From the NCBI RefSeq assembly GCF_011386835.1, contig NC_088796.1, forward strand, positions 51,212,001 through 51,276,000: a stretch of DNA of 64,000 nt, written 5' to 3'. Below the pieces are notes generated by a model that saw only the letters and a list, made by a program, of their open reading frames with translations, was not told the origin of the DNA and did not search any database. Below, piece by piece: positions 49,607 to 60,749 of this stretch (within the stretch, counting starts at the first letter, position 1; each line of letters begins with the position of its first letter). Origin of the DNA: Chrysemys picta bellii. Taxonomy: Eukaryota. The position numbers were made by a program, and so were the translations under genes.

Positions 49607-52600
49607 ACCTCTTCGCTCATTCCTCTTTTAGACTGTGCTAAAAAAAAATCAAACGTTTCCTGGTTGGGCATTTCCCAAGACAACTTTCCCATTTTCCTTT
49701 GGGTAGGTGTCAGAGTCCACATTCAGTCTCCACTGTTGCGGATGTATTGGTTAGTGCTTCTTTAGCAGTAACTCTCATGTGCTCCAGGTTCTGAACCAAA
49801 ATCTTGAAGTCTTTTAAAACTCTAAATTCATGACATATCATGTGCTGGCTTTTTGACTTTAATGGCACCTATGTTTTGTCAAGGCACAGTAAATCTTGTA
49901 TGACACACAGGAGAAGTATTGATGTGTGAAACACTTTTCATTTCACTCTGACATTGTATGCAGATTATTTATATATAAATTATTTGTGAATTAGTTCATT
50001 AAACTACAAATTTCCACTTGTGGTCAATGCACTCTGCTCAAAGCAAAGGTGGGGATAGGACATGGAGCTGCACAAAACTTGGCAGCAGCGGCAGGGATGG
50101 ATAGGTGGGTTCACGCTGGAGGACCTAAGGCCAACTCTGGGCCCTTGACCTTCTCTCACTTCCACTACCCTGTGTTTGCTGTTCCGGCTGCCATCACCTG
50201 CTCTTTATGGCTGCACCTTCCCCGCTCTGATCCAACAGTGGGAGTAGGGACACAAGAGACAAAGGTGCCACACTGTCCCTTGTGGTTAGCAGCAACAATT
50301 ACAGACTACTTCTGCTGCCCAGTTGGCTGTGTGAGATCTAGCTGGGCTGCAGGAATATGTGATAAGGCTGCTAAATGTATGAACGTTGGCAGCCATAGGG
50401 CCTGGGGGACTTGGAGTGTCCACAGAATATAGATGTGTGTTTTGTACAAAATTGTGTGCATTTGCTTTAGGTAAAAGGCATGTAAAGCTAGTATAGCAAA
50501 AACAAGCAAACAAAAATAACTCAAAACAATTGACCAAATGCATGCAAACCAGTGAACTTCCCAACACAAAACACTCCTCTAGTCAAATGTTTGCTGGGAG
50601 TAGATTTCTGCTATTTACCACCCTTACCACCATCACTGAAAAAATAAGACTACAAACACCTCCCTCCTTCCCAGGTTACTTTCTACCAGAACAATCCTCT
50701 GGTCAGTCATGCTGCATCCTCCCATAGTCTAGATGTTTATGAGAGAAGATTGCCAGACTTTCAGGCACTAATTCTTCCCACCGACACAGATGGTCCTCAT
50801 ATCCATTAAATGCTTGATAACCTGTTACTTCTGGCTGCTGGATCAAACCAGGGGAATCACCTGGCTGATTTAGGGCACCATTGGGAAGATGTCCTGTCAT
50901 TCAGCAGACCTAGACTGGTAAATTAAGGTAGGAGCTTATGGGGAAAACAATAGCTAGCTGCAGCTATGCCATCTTTATCAATTCCCGGATGAACTACATT
51001 AAAATGGACTTTAAGTTAAGAGTAATTTAGGGTAAAATGCATTACAGAGATGGTATAATTGTTACAAAACAATGCAGGAAATTCAGACAAGGTTAAATGT
51101 AAATCAAAATATGTTAAGGTACAGAAATGCACAGTTTGGGCATTCAAATAGCATCACTGCCGAGCAGAGTGAAGGCTATGAAACAACAATATATGTTTAT
51201 GATTAAAGTATTTTAATGTTCGTTGTCCCAGAATAAACTTGGTACCATGGTTAGTTTTTGAAAACAAATATTTAGAATTAATGGTAATTTTTACCATTAT
51301 TCTTCATTACTGAAAGTTCCTCCTTCCACATGTCCACCGTCTCCTCTTATTATCAGTGGGACTGAGGCCACAGGCTTCCCTCAGTTAAGATGCCCTCTTT
51401 CAGAATAGCTACTGCCTCCCATTGTTCCCAATGGTAATTCAGACAAGCTGGGGAAGATAGTGGCCCCTTGCACTGTCAGCAGGCAGAGAGGAATACGGTA
51501 AGTGGAGGAAAATGGAGGAAGTGGCCATCTGTGCCCAAGGACAGCCTCTGGCTTCAGTCCCAGCAATAGGAGATGGCAGACGATAGACAACAATTCTTGG
51601 CTGAATTATCTGAAGTAGAATGTTATTCTTTAGTCTCTGCTGAAGGAAAAACTTTCATTTATGTAGAGTAATGACAAAGTATGACCATTAATCCCAAAAT
51701 ATATTTTTCAAATGTAGTCTATACACAAGACTTCAGTGAGTTAATTATATGGGAAGCTTGAAGAGTCTGTTTTTTCATTACTGAGATCTTTTGGGCCAAA
51801 CCATGACTGACATCAGCTGCTAAATTTTTTAAAGGACACATTTTAAAATTAATTTTAATTCAGTTAAATTAATGGATTTGTAATTTCTCAGAAAATTTAT
51901 TCTATAACTCAAAGATTAAGTGCTGTAATTTTGAGGAGGATATGCTGCATTTTTTATACATAAAGTGGTAGAAATCTTGCTTTAAGTGCAAAATTCAGCT
52001 CATTCTTAACTATGGATATTCGACCAGCGCCTCCATAGTACTAAAGCAGAGTAAATCCATTTAGAATCGGAGTAATCTATTCAGTGATTTTGGGATCTCA
52101 AAGTGCTCAAGTATCACATTGAAGATTCACAGATACCAGGGTGGGAGTACAATATAGAAACCTAGATGTGCATTAAAGTCCTACACTAGAGTATCACAAA
52201 TCTAGTATATCCTAGATTTTGCATTTGTACCTTCAATTTGGCTGAAAGATGTGGAAAATAAGTTGCCATGGAGCCTTGTAATAGGTGCATAGAGGATGCG
52301 ATTTAAGAGCATACATTAATCCTTCCAAAGTTAGAACAAATTTAAGAGGCATAAATTAACAAACTTCTCTTTAATGTCAACTGTTGACCTATCCCACTGT
52401 AGTCTAATGATCTGTCATCACAACACAGAGGGCATGTTGGTCTGACAAGCCACATGTTCTTGAGGATGGCAAAATATAGTTACTGGATATAGTTAGCTCC
52501 TCGATTGCTTAATTTGCCACATGTTTTGATGCTACTGGAGTATGATGCTTATGTCAGAGTGGAATTTAGTGCTGTTTTCTAAATGTGTGCAGAAAATAAG

Positions 52601-53390
52601 ATAAAAGAGAGGCTGTAGGTAGTTGGTTTTTTACTTGTATCTAAACATGACATTCAAATGTTAATTGGATGAATAAATCTTGTTCATTTTACAGACACGA
52701 AAATGTCAATGGATTAGCACTATTTATCACAGGATAATGGTCTTCTGACACCTGATAAATGCCAAGATGAAGCTACTTATTGGAAATAGATCAAAATATT
52801 CTATTGCTATTTGTCAAAAACAAATATTGATACAAAATTGACATGCTTATTTTCAAAGTGGTTGACACTAATCTTATATCATAATTCTATTTTAACTCCA
52901 CAGGTAATATCCAGGACATAACAGTAAATACTGTATGAATACAGTAGGGGGAAAAAGTCTGTAGAACACTAAAAAATATTTACCTTTTGTTTATAGAATT
53001 TTGTTTCTCATTCATGATTTGTATTTGTGAAATATTTGATAATAAAAATATTTTGCACTTATATATCATTTGTCCACGGAGCTCAGCTTTACAAAACATA
53101 ATTTAGTCTCACAGCTCTCATATAGTGTGTTAGCTAAATTATTCTCTCCATTTTACATGTAGGAAAACTGAGCAGCAGATAGTTTAGGGCATAGTTTTAA
53201 GTGCACATACAGATCAGGGTTTGAGCTGTGCTACTTGGGAATTACTGGCACAGAATCTGACCAGTTACGTTTTTGCTGTTGTCATGTCTGTTTTGATCTT
53301 CAGATAATCAGTATTTTTCAGATTTATATGAAGCATTCTATATATTTAATACAAGATCACTGTGAGAGTATTGTATGTGTCTTTTTACAG

Positions 53391-53488
53391 ATGGAAGACC
53401 TTTAACTCTAGATGAAATTTGGGAAGGCGTTCATGAATGCTACCGGGCTCGTCTACTGGAGGGGCCCTGGGACACCATTACACAACAG
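53391..53488 (+). CDS. ATG10: ATG10 internal coding exon (98 nt, phase 1 to phase 0)
   Basis: Acceptor tgtgtctttttacAG ends at 53390 and donor GTtaga starts at 53489. Its first two bases AT complete the G left by the previous exon (GAT = Asp), giving DGRPLTLDEIWEGVHECYRARLLEGPWDTITQQ, the recognisable ATG10 segment before EHP...HPC. Confidence 0.97.
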
Positions 53489-53946
53489 GTTAGATGCTAC
53501 TATTCTTTTACCGTATGGCATTCATTTACCAAGAGACTAGATAGCATTAGATTCACCGATTAAAATAGAAGAGGCTTTGTGTGTATTGTGCAGTGATTCA
53601 TGGGTTGGTTACTAATTACGTTATCAGGAAGACTGAAGTGTAACTTTCGATTTAAAATAAACTAATAATTTGTAAAATTGAAGGACAAAGTTAGTTTGTT
53701 AGTCAAATAATCTGTTATTGCTGACTAATGTGTTTTAAAGTCAGTACTTAATGAAGTCAGTGTTTTAAAAGAAAAAGTAGCTCAATACTGTACTTGTAAC
53801 TTGTTTTACTATCTTCTGCTAAAGGTGATCAAACCACGTATATCTTAAATGGCAATAAAAGTCACTAGAATTAGTATTAGTGTTCCAATACAGTTATGGT
53901 CTTTTCTCAAGAATCCAATAATTGCCCTCTAGGAAATGGTCTAGAT

Positions 53947-54938
53947 CAGGGGCGGGCAAACTTTTTGGCCTGAGGGCCACATTGGGTTTTGGAAATTGTA
54001 TGGAGGGCCGGTTAGGGGAGGCTGTGCCTTCCCAAACAGCCAGGCTGTGCCTTCCCAAACAGCCAGGCGTGGCGTGGCCCGGCCCTGCCCCCCCTGCTTC
54101 TTGCCCGCTGACGGACCCCCCTGCCCCCGGGACCCCTGCCCCATTCGCCCCCCCACCACTCCCTCTCCCCTGACCGCCTCCGGAACCCCTGCCCCTGACT
54201 GCCCCCCTGCCGCCCCATCCAACCCCTCCTCTCATTCCTGACTGCCCCCCCGGGACCCTTGCCCCATCCAACGCCCCCTCCTTCCTGACTGCCCCCCTAG
54301 GACCTCTGCCCCCCATTCAACCCCTGTTCCCCGCCCTCTGACCGCCCTGACCCCTATTCACACCCCTGCCCCTGACCACCACCCCGAACCAGGGCCGGCT
54401 CCAGGGTTTTGGCCGCCCAAGCAGCCAAAATAAATAAATAAATAAGCCGCGATCGCGATCTGCAGCGGCAATTCGGCGGAAGGTCCTTCGCTCGGAGCGG
54501 GAGTGAGGGACTGTCTGCCGAATTGCCGCCGAATAGCTGGACCTGCCGCCCCTCTCCAGAGTGGCCGCCCCAAGCACCTGCTTGCCAAGCTGGTGCCTGG
54601 AGCGGGCCCTGCCCCGAACTCCCCTGCCCCCTTACCGTGCTGCCTGGAGCACCAGTGGCTGGCAGCGCTACAGCCGCGCCACCCGGCTGGAGCCATCCAT
54701 GCCACCATGCAGCACAGAGCACCGAGTTAGGCCAGGCTCTGCAGCTATGCTGCCCCAGGAGCTCGCAGCCCTGCCACCCAGAGCATTGCGCCAGCGGTGC
54801 AGTTAACTGAGGCTGCGGGGAAGGGGGAACAGCTGGGGAGGGGCCGGGGGCTAGCCTCCCGGGCCAGGAGCTCCGGGGCCGGGCAGGAGGGTCCCTTGGG
54901 CCGGATATGGCCAGTGGGCCGTAGTTTGCCCACCTCTG
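53947..54938. mobile_element. Young GC/CpG-rich hAT-Charlie-type MITE
   Basis: TIRs caggggcgggcaaact / agtttgcccacctctg; perfect 8-bp TSD gtctagat at 53939-53946 and 54939-54946; internal 23-bp tandem duplication ggctgtgccttcccaaacagcca. Confidence 0.93.
54390..54611. mobile_element. Second hAT MITE nested in the first
   Basis: TIRs cagggccggctccagg / cctggagcgggccctg; perfect 8-bp TSD ccccgaac at 54382-54389 and 54612-54619. Confidence 0.93.
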
Positions 54939-54961
54939 GTCTAGATTGTGCATGACAAGAA

Positions 54962-55265
54962 TGGGCCGTGTGGTAAGGCTCTAAGCAGGACTCGGGAGAT
55001 CTGGATTCAGTTTCTGGCTTTGCCACAGGCCTCCTATATAACCTTGGACATGTTATTTAGTGTCTGTATTATCGTAGAATTTCCATGTCTCAGTTCCCCA
55101 CTGTACCTCATCCCCACCTCCACCCCAGCCTTTTTTCTGTCTTGTCTATTTAAACTGTAAACTCTTCAGGGCAAGGACTCTCTCTTACTCTGTGTTTGTA
55201 CAGTGCCTAGCTCAGTGAAGCCCTGATCTCAGCTGGGGCCTCTAGATGCTATCATAATACAAGTA
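54962..55265 (+). mobile_element. tRNA-headed SINE with L2-like tail (amniote MIR/LF-SINE-like)
   Basis: Head tgtggtaaggctct..gactcgggagatctggattcagtttctggc, core tctcagttcccca, tail taaactgtaaactcttcagggcaaggac..gtgtttgtacagtgcctagc. Confidence 0.65.
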
Positions 55266-58200
55266 ACAAACAATGAATCACATTCATAAAAGATGCACAG
55301 TCATGGGAATTTGAGCTGCGTTCATGTTTGCACAATCCCAAACTATTCTAATTCTTCGTATCACAGCAGTGCTTGGAGACCCCAACTGAGATTGTATGTA
55401 TGCTGTTTGTTGTGCATTTCTAGGTATTGCCTGTGAGTTTGCAGAATACAACTGTTGTTAATAAGTACCTGTAGTCAATGCATTACTTAGTGTGACCTGT
55501 CTATTGCAGACTAAGGATGAGCAAATCAGAGTTTAATAAAATCTGATAGCCGATAAACTGGTCTTCTCCAGTGGCTATCATGGTTCAAATTGTAAATTTT
55601 CCTCATTTAAAGCTGGATAGTGACTAGTTCTGCATTGGGCAAGAACAATGCAATTAGCCTTCCCTTATGCTTATTTGACAGAGCTAGGATCACCCTCAGT
55701 CCTTGCATTTCCAGTGCACAAGGACCTGAGACTCTAATGCCAGCAACAGTGCTAGGAACCCCTTAGGGCTAGGGATGGAACAGGCCCTACACCCTCTGTA
55801 CTTTCCAACAGAGCTGTCCTGGCATGTAGAATGAGTGCATGCTATAACCTGTAAAAATGTGTAGCAGAAGCCTCTGCTGTGTGCACTCCATAAGCAATGT
55901 GCCTTCCTAGCTACTGCACCTCGACACCTCCCCTACCTGTGGGCTGTCGCTGAAAGCCACAATCAAACTCTTTTGTGAAAAGAACAGTGTATGCCACACC
56001 TACGGCTATATAGGAAGAGTAAATCGTAATACAAATGTTTCTGAGAATAAAGGAAGTTTCAGTTACAGAATATGTGTGTACTGTGTAAAATTAGAATAAT
56101 GGAAGCCAAGAGCAAAGCTGATGTTTACCTGTAAAGGAGCAATGAAATAAAACTGCCCTGAGATACATAACACCAAATGGTGTGCATGAAACACACTTCT
56201 ACACACAAGCATGTGGTAACAGGCTTTTTGGCTGGTAAAATATACTTTGCACTGAAGCTAATGTCTTTGTGGCACCTCTCCAGGAATAATACACTACATC
56301 TTAGTCCAATGTCCAGAGTGAACTTAAATATCAGGGGAAACCATTTTGCAAAACAGAGACAGTTATAGCAGCAAGATATTAATTGAATATAATACTAAGG
56401 TGATTTCCTATGAAATGGGGAAATTGCAGAATGAGTTTAACTCTCTTTTCAGGAATAATACGGACTATGGTCCTCAGGGTGATGGCTCAAGGGAATTCAG
56501 ACATCAGTGTGATACAGGGATTGCTGGCAATTAGGGGCTAAGCCCCACCAATAAGACCACTAATTATTTTGGATATATATTTTAATAGTTTTATACTTTC
56601 ATTAATTTTCTGCAATATCTTCTCCTTAAGGCTGAGTTTGCCACTGGTTTAAGACTGGAATTCCATTGAATGGTTGCACCACTTCACAGCAATAATGAAC
56701 TTGGTCCAAAGTCTCCAATTGCACCCTGGTTGTGAAAAGGGGTACTGATCCTGCTGAGTCCCTCCTTTCTGTGTATGGCTATGAGTGAGAGCCTGCAAGA
56801 AGAGCAGATTTCTATGTGCGGTGGTGTTAGGAAGGAACCAGTGCAGTTAGTGGTGTTGCCAACACTCTCACATATTTTTAGTGCCAGCTACCACTGGTGT
56901 AACAAACACATTTCCCCTTGTAAAACTGGGAGATAGGTATGCCAGACCAAATATAAAAAACTACCATACAAATAAGACTATTCACAAAGGAATTACAGAA
57001 GGTAATAAACATACTAAGCAATTGCCTGCCAGTCTCACACCAAAACAGGAGCTAGGACTACAAGAAAGTCTTTTCTAGATCTGAGAGTTGAACTGACATG
57101 CACCCTTCTCTGTCTCCTGTCTGCTTATCTGGGCTGACGCACTTGGTCACATGAGATAGATTTAACTAGTTAGGGACACAGGTCGCAAAGTGGATGTCAC
57201 TTGCTAGCTCACCAGATCAAACTGAAAACTCTCAGTATGCCATGAACAGCAATCAGAGAAAGTTCATGGTACTCAGATAAATCATAAAAAATTCTACAAA
57301 CCATTCACCATTCCAACATGAACAAAAATTTTTGAGCTGGTTCACAATGCCATTTGAATTCAAACTAGAGCTAATTTTGATATTTTGGATTCAGTAGTTG
57401 GTTTACAAGTAGTAGTAGAAAGCTTCATTTGTTTTACACATTTAGGATTTAACTCCATTTTAACACACTGGGGGCTTGTATTCTAGGCGTCTTACAAAAT
57501 CTTGCTGCAATACTTTGCACATATGTGTTGCAATGTCAGTGATTTACAAGCTGTGTGATTAAATGCAGGCATATATCTGAAACCAGCATCTGAGATATGA
57601 ATCAGGTCTGTAAGAGCATAGCTGTAATTACTAGGATGTTGGAGCATATGGTTAAGGTAACCTTTAAACTAATTTCAGTTACTTTAGATTTATTATGGGA
57701 AGTCATGTTCACTTGCTGAGGAATTATCTTGAAATATTTTTATTGATTAGCCTGTTTTTTTTATTGCAATAGGCAGAAGTCAACTAGTTAATTTCTCATA
57801 AATAAATTAGCTTGATAAGTTGCATAGTGTTTTATAAAGATAGTTGATAAACTGTGATGATTTAATTGCACTTCCTCTCATAATAATCTTTAAATCTGCC
57901 AGCTGAAGTTCCAATGATTGGCTTTCTTCCGTACTGAATCTCCCTGGAATTTTCAGTCATCCCTTTTCTACATCATCGGATAAGTTGCTTTAACTGCTCC
58001 CATTTTAAGTAATACAAATCAATTATACAAACACACAGCTGTTTAACGAAACTTCTAAATGTTGCTACAGGTCTCTGTGGGTATTTCCTGATGGCTCATA
58101 ATGACATCAATTTAGCACACCTGGTAAGATCTGTGTGAATTGGAAGTGACTTAATGTGGCAATGACAAGAAAATTAAGTAGTATTTATGGATTACTGATG

Positions 58201-59118
58201 CTTTTTCAGAATTGTTGCCAACTCTAATTTTGGGTTCTGGTAAAGTCAGTAATGGAGGTGCAGACGTCACATGATTACATCCTAAAAAGTTTAGTGTTAA
58301 TTTGTTGAGTGTTTTCACAGGTATCTTATACCGGTATTTCCCTCCAGTTCTTATATTTCAGGAAATAGTCCCTTCTCATCTTTATTAGGATTAGTGGATT
58401 CTAGAAATCCATTCCTTCCTTGAAGCTCAGAGTCTCTAAACATAATTCCATTGTAACTTATCTTGAGCTGTAAGCAAACAAAGCTTTCCTCAGCTCTATC
58501 TCAGATGAATTCTCTATCTGAGTTTAAACCAGAACAGAATCCCAGAGCTGCTTTCTGATGTGTAACCATCGTTGACAATGTTACAGCGTCATCCTTTGGA
58601 ATACCAAATCTGCAGATTTTCATTCCATCACAGAGGAATATTCCTTTGTGCTACATTTTGTTTCTTTCTAGCATTATTGTTTTTTTAAATGAATTATTAA
58701 ATCCGTTAGTTATATTTCCAGTTTGAGAGGTACCATTGGGATTCATACTAAATCAGTCTTATTTAATATCTTTATTGATAAAATGGAAGAGAATAAACAG
58801 TATGTCTGTGACATTGATGGATACGCTAATTTGGGAGGAGTTGTAAATATAGCAAGGACAGAGAAATAATACAAAGGGTCCTGGAGAGATTTGAAATATT
58901 AGCAGAAGGTAACAAAATGAGACTCAACCTGAAAAAATGCAAGCTAATACAACCGGGGGAAAATGATCTGAAAAACATTTTCAGTGGAGGGAGAAGCTTA
59001 AAAAACAGAGATAAAGAAAAAGACCATAACGGTGATAGATGGCTGCAAAAGACACCCATTTGACATTGCAATATTCAATAAAAAAGGCCAGTGCAGTTTT
59101 GGGTAGATACACAGAGAC

Positions 59119-59405
59119 TAGGGCTGTCAAACAATTAAGAAAAATAATCCCAATTTATGAGATTAAAAAAATAATCACAGTTTTAATCACACTGTTAAAC
59201 AATATTAGAATACCATTTATTTAAATATTTGTGGTTGCCTCAACTGCCATCCTTTCATGTATTTATACCTGCCTACTGTATTTTCCACTCCATACATCTG
59301 ATGAAGTGGGTTCTAGCCCATGAAAACTTATGCCCAAATAAATTTGTTAGTCTCTAAGGTGCCACAAGGACTCCTCGTTGTTTTTGTGATTAATTGACAA
59401 CCCTA
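59119..59405. mobile_element. hAT MITE (same termini as 6300-7512) inserted in the old CR1
   Basis: TIRs tagggctgtcaa / ttgacaacccta; perfect 8-bp TSD acagagac at 59111-59118 and 59406-59413. Confidence 0.92.
59234..59385 (+). mobile_element. Penelope-like terminal-repeat fragment with hammerhead-like motif, nested in the hAT MITE
   Basis: catctgatgaagtgggttctagcccatgaaaacttatgc then aaataaatttgttagtctctaaggtgccacaagg; interrupts the MITE sequence, which resumes at gtgattaattgacaacccta. Confidence 0.75.
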
Positions 59406-59857
59406 ACAGAGACATTATGTCAGACAGTACAGAGGTAACACTTCCTCCTCATATGGCTCTGATGTGACCTCACCTGGAATATTGCATTAAATTCTAAGTA
59501 CAACATTACCAGAAAGATACTGAAAAATTGGAGACAGCTCAGAGAACACTATTGCATGGGAAGCTGGGAGTTGCTGCCTGGAGGGAAATTCAGAGGAAGG
59601 AGAGGAGGAGAAACAAAGACATACAAAAGGGACAGATACAGAGAAAGCTGAATGGAGAAGGAATTGAAATAAAAGGCAGAAATCTCAGTGGTCATAACGG
59701 TGAATCTCTTAACCACTGAATGATGCATAGTGCAGCAAACAGTCACCTAATAATCAATAATATCTGAAAGTTTAATTATATGAAGACCAGATTCTACCCT
59801 TTATCTTTGTGGAAACAACCTGCCATTAGCAGGAGATCTGCTGTGGATTGAGGATAG

Positions 59858-60749
59858 TGTAACAAACTGATAGTGTCCTGCTGTACTCTGAACAAAACTT
59901 TATGGAATTAAAATAAACTTTATTGAATTAGGCTAATACCATTGGGGTTTATTGTATTAAAATTGCAGTTGTGCATGTGTTATTGTGGAATAGTATGAAA
60001 CTCCTCTAAGAGGAGAGGGATGCTACTATAATTCCTCCAGTTATTAGCCCTTTTAAAGGCACCCCTTAGTAAAGTTTGCATTTACTAGTTCAAACTAAAT
60101 TCTGCAGGAACCAATAATTTTTAAAAAAATAATAGCCTGGTTTTAAACGGACTCATGGCCTTCTTCCTAATTGAGCAAATGAACATGACCTCTGGTCCAC
60201 AGAGAACCCCAATCCTTAGAGAAGGACTAGAAAAATTGAGCTTACTGAGGCTCCATAAAACTGCATGCTTGTTCTGAGCTGAAAGCTGTGATAAAACTTA
60301 AAACCCAGAAAGAAACACCTTGTGTGAGGTGTTAAAGAACTGCTCCTGCCAGAGCCCATGTGAGAGTTGGGCTGATCTCTGGTAAGCTTATAGCAGGCAT
60401 GTAGATTATTTTAATGTTTTTACTATATCTTCTCTGTAATGCTTTTTACTTTAAAAATAAAAGTTGGCTTGCAGAAAGAAAGATGTGTGGTATCTATAAC
60501 TGTGGGCATTCACACTGTTAAGTTTCTGAAGAAAAAGCAAGCCGGTGTACTTCAACAGCCTGTCTGCTCCAGAAATAACACAGTAAAAATAGGGTATTTT
60601 GTGGCCTGGAAATACCCAAGTCAGAAAGAAATAAAAGGCGGGTCTCCACACAAGAAAAGCAATGGCGGGGAAGCTTGAAAGCCTGAGAAATGGTGACCTT
60701 GCAGAACCACTGTGGGGAAATACACATGCAGTTGCCCTGAACCGTAACT
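59858..60749 (+). mobile_element. Older solo LTR related to 47734-48636
   Basis: Shares tgt(a/g)aca..tgtcctgc, ctctg(g/a)taagctt..catgtag..tttaat..ttctct..taatgcttt.ac.tt..aataaa and ca.gtgca.tt.cc.tgaa blocks. Confidence 0.65.

Larger units (their letters stand above)
41064..53390 (+). other. ATG10: ATG10 GT-AG intron (12,327 nt)
   Basis: Canonical GT...AG ends; exon phases on both sides match and restore a continuous reading frame. Confidence 0.93.
58770..59700 (+). mobile_element. Old, highly decayed CR1/L3 RT fragment
   Basis: gatacgctaatttgggagg (DDT.LGG-like), aatgagactcaacctgaaaaaatgcaagcta (M.FN..KCK), gacctcacctggaatattgcattaaattct (RPHLEYC.QF), gaaaaattggagacagctcagagaa. Confidence 0.7.

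Noticed and set aside
53375-53563. ORF-track protein MCLFTDGRPL...RFTD as a standalone gene
   Set aside because: Only 53391-53488 is exon; the MCLFT start and the VRCYY... tail are read-through into intron.
53894-55026. Cluster of long ORFs (up to 199 aa) and apparent CpG-island promoter
   Set aside because: All lie within two nested GC-rich MITEs with perfect TSDs; stop-poor GC-rich sequence yields overlapping ORFs on both strands with low-complexity Gly/Pro/Ala products.
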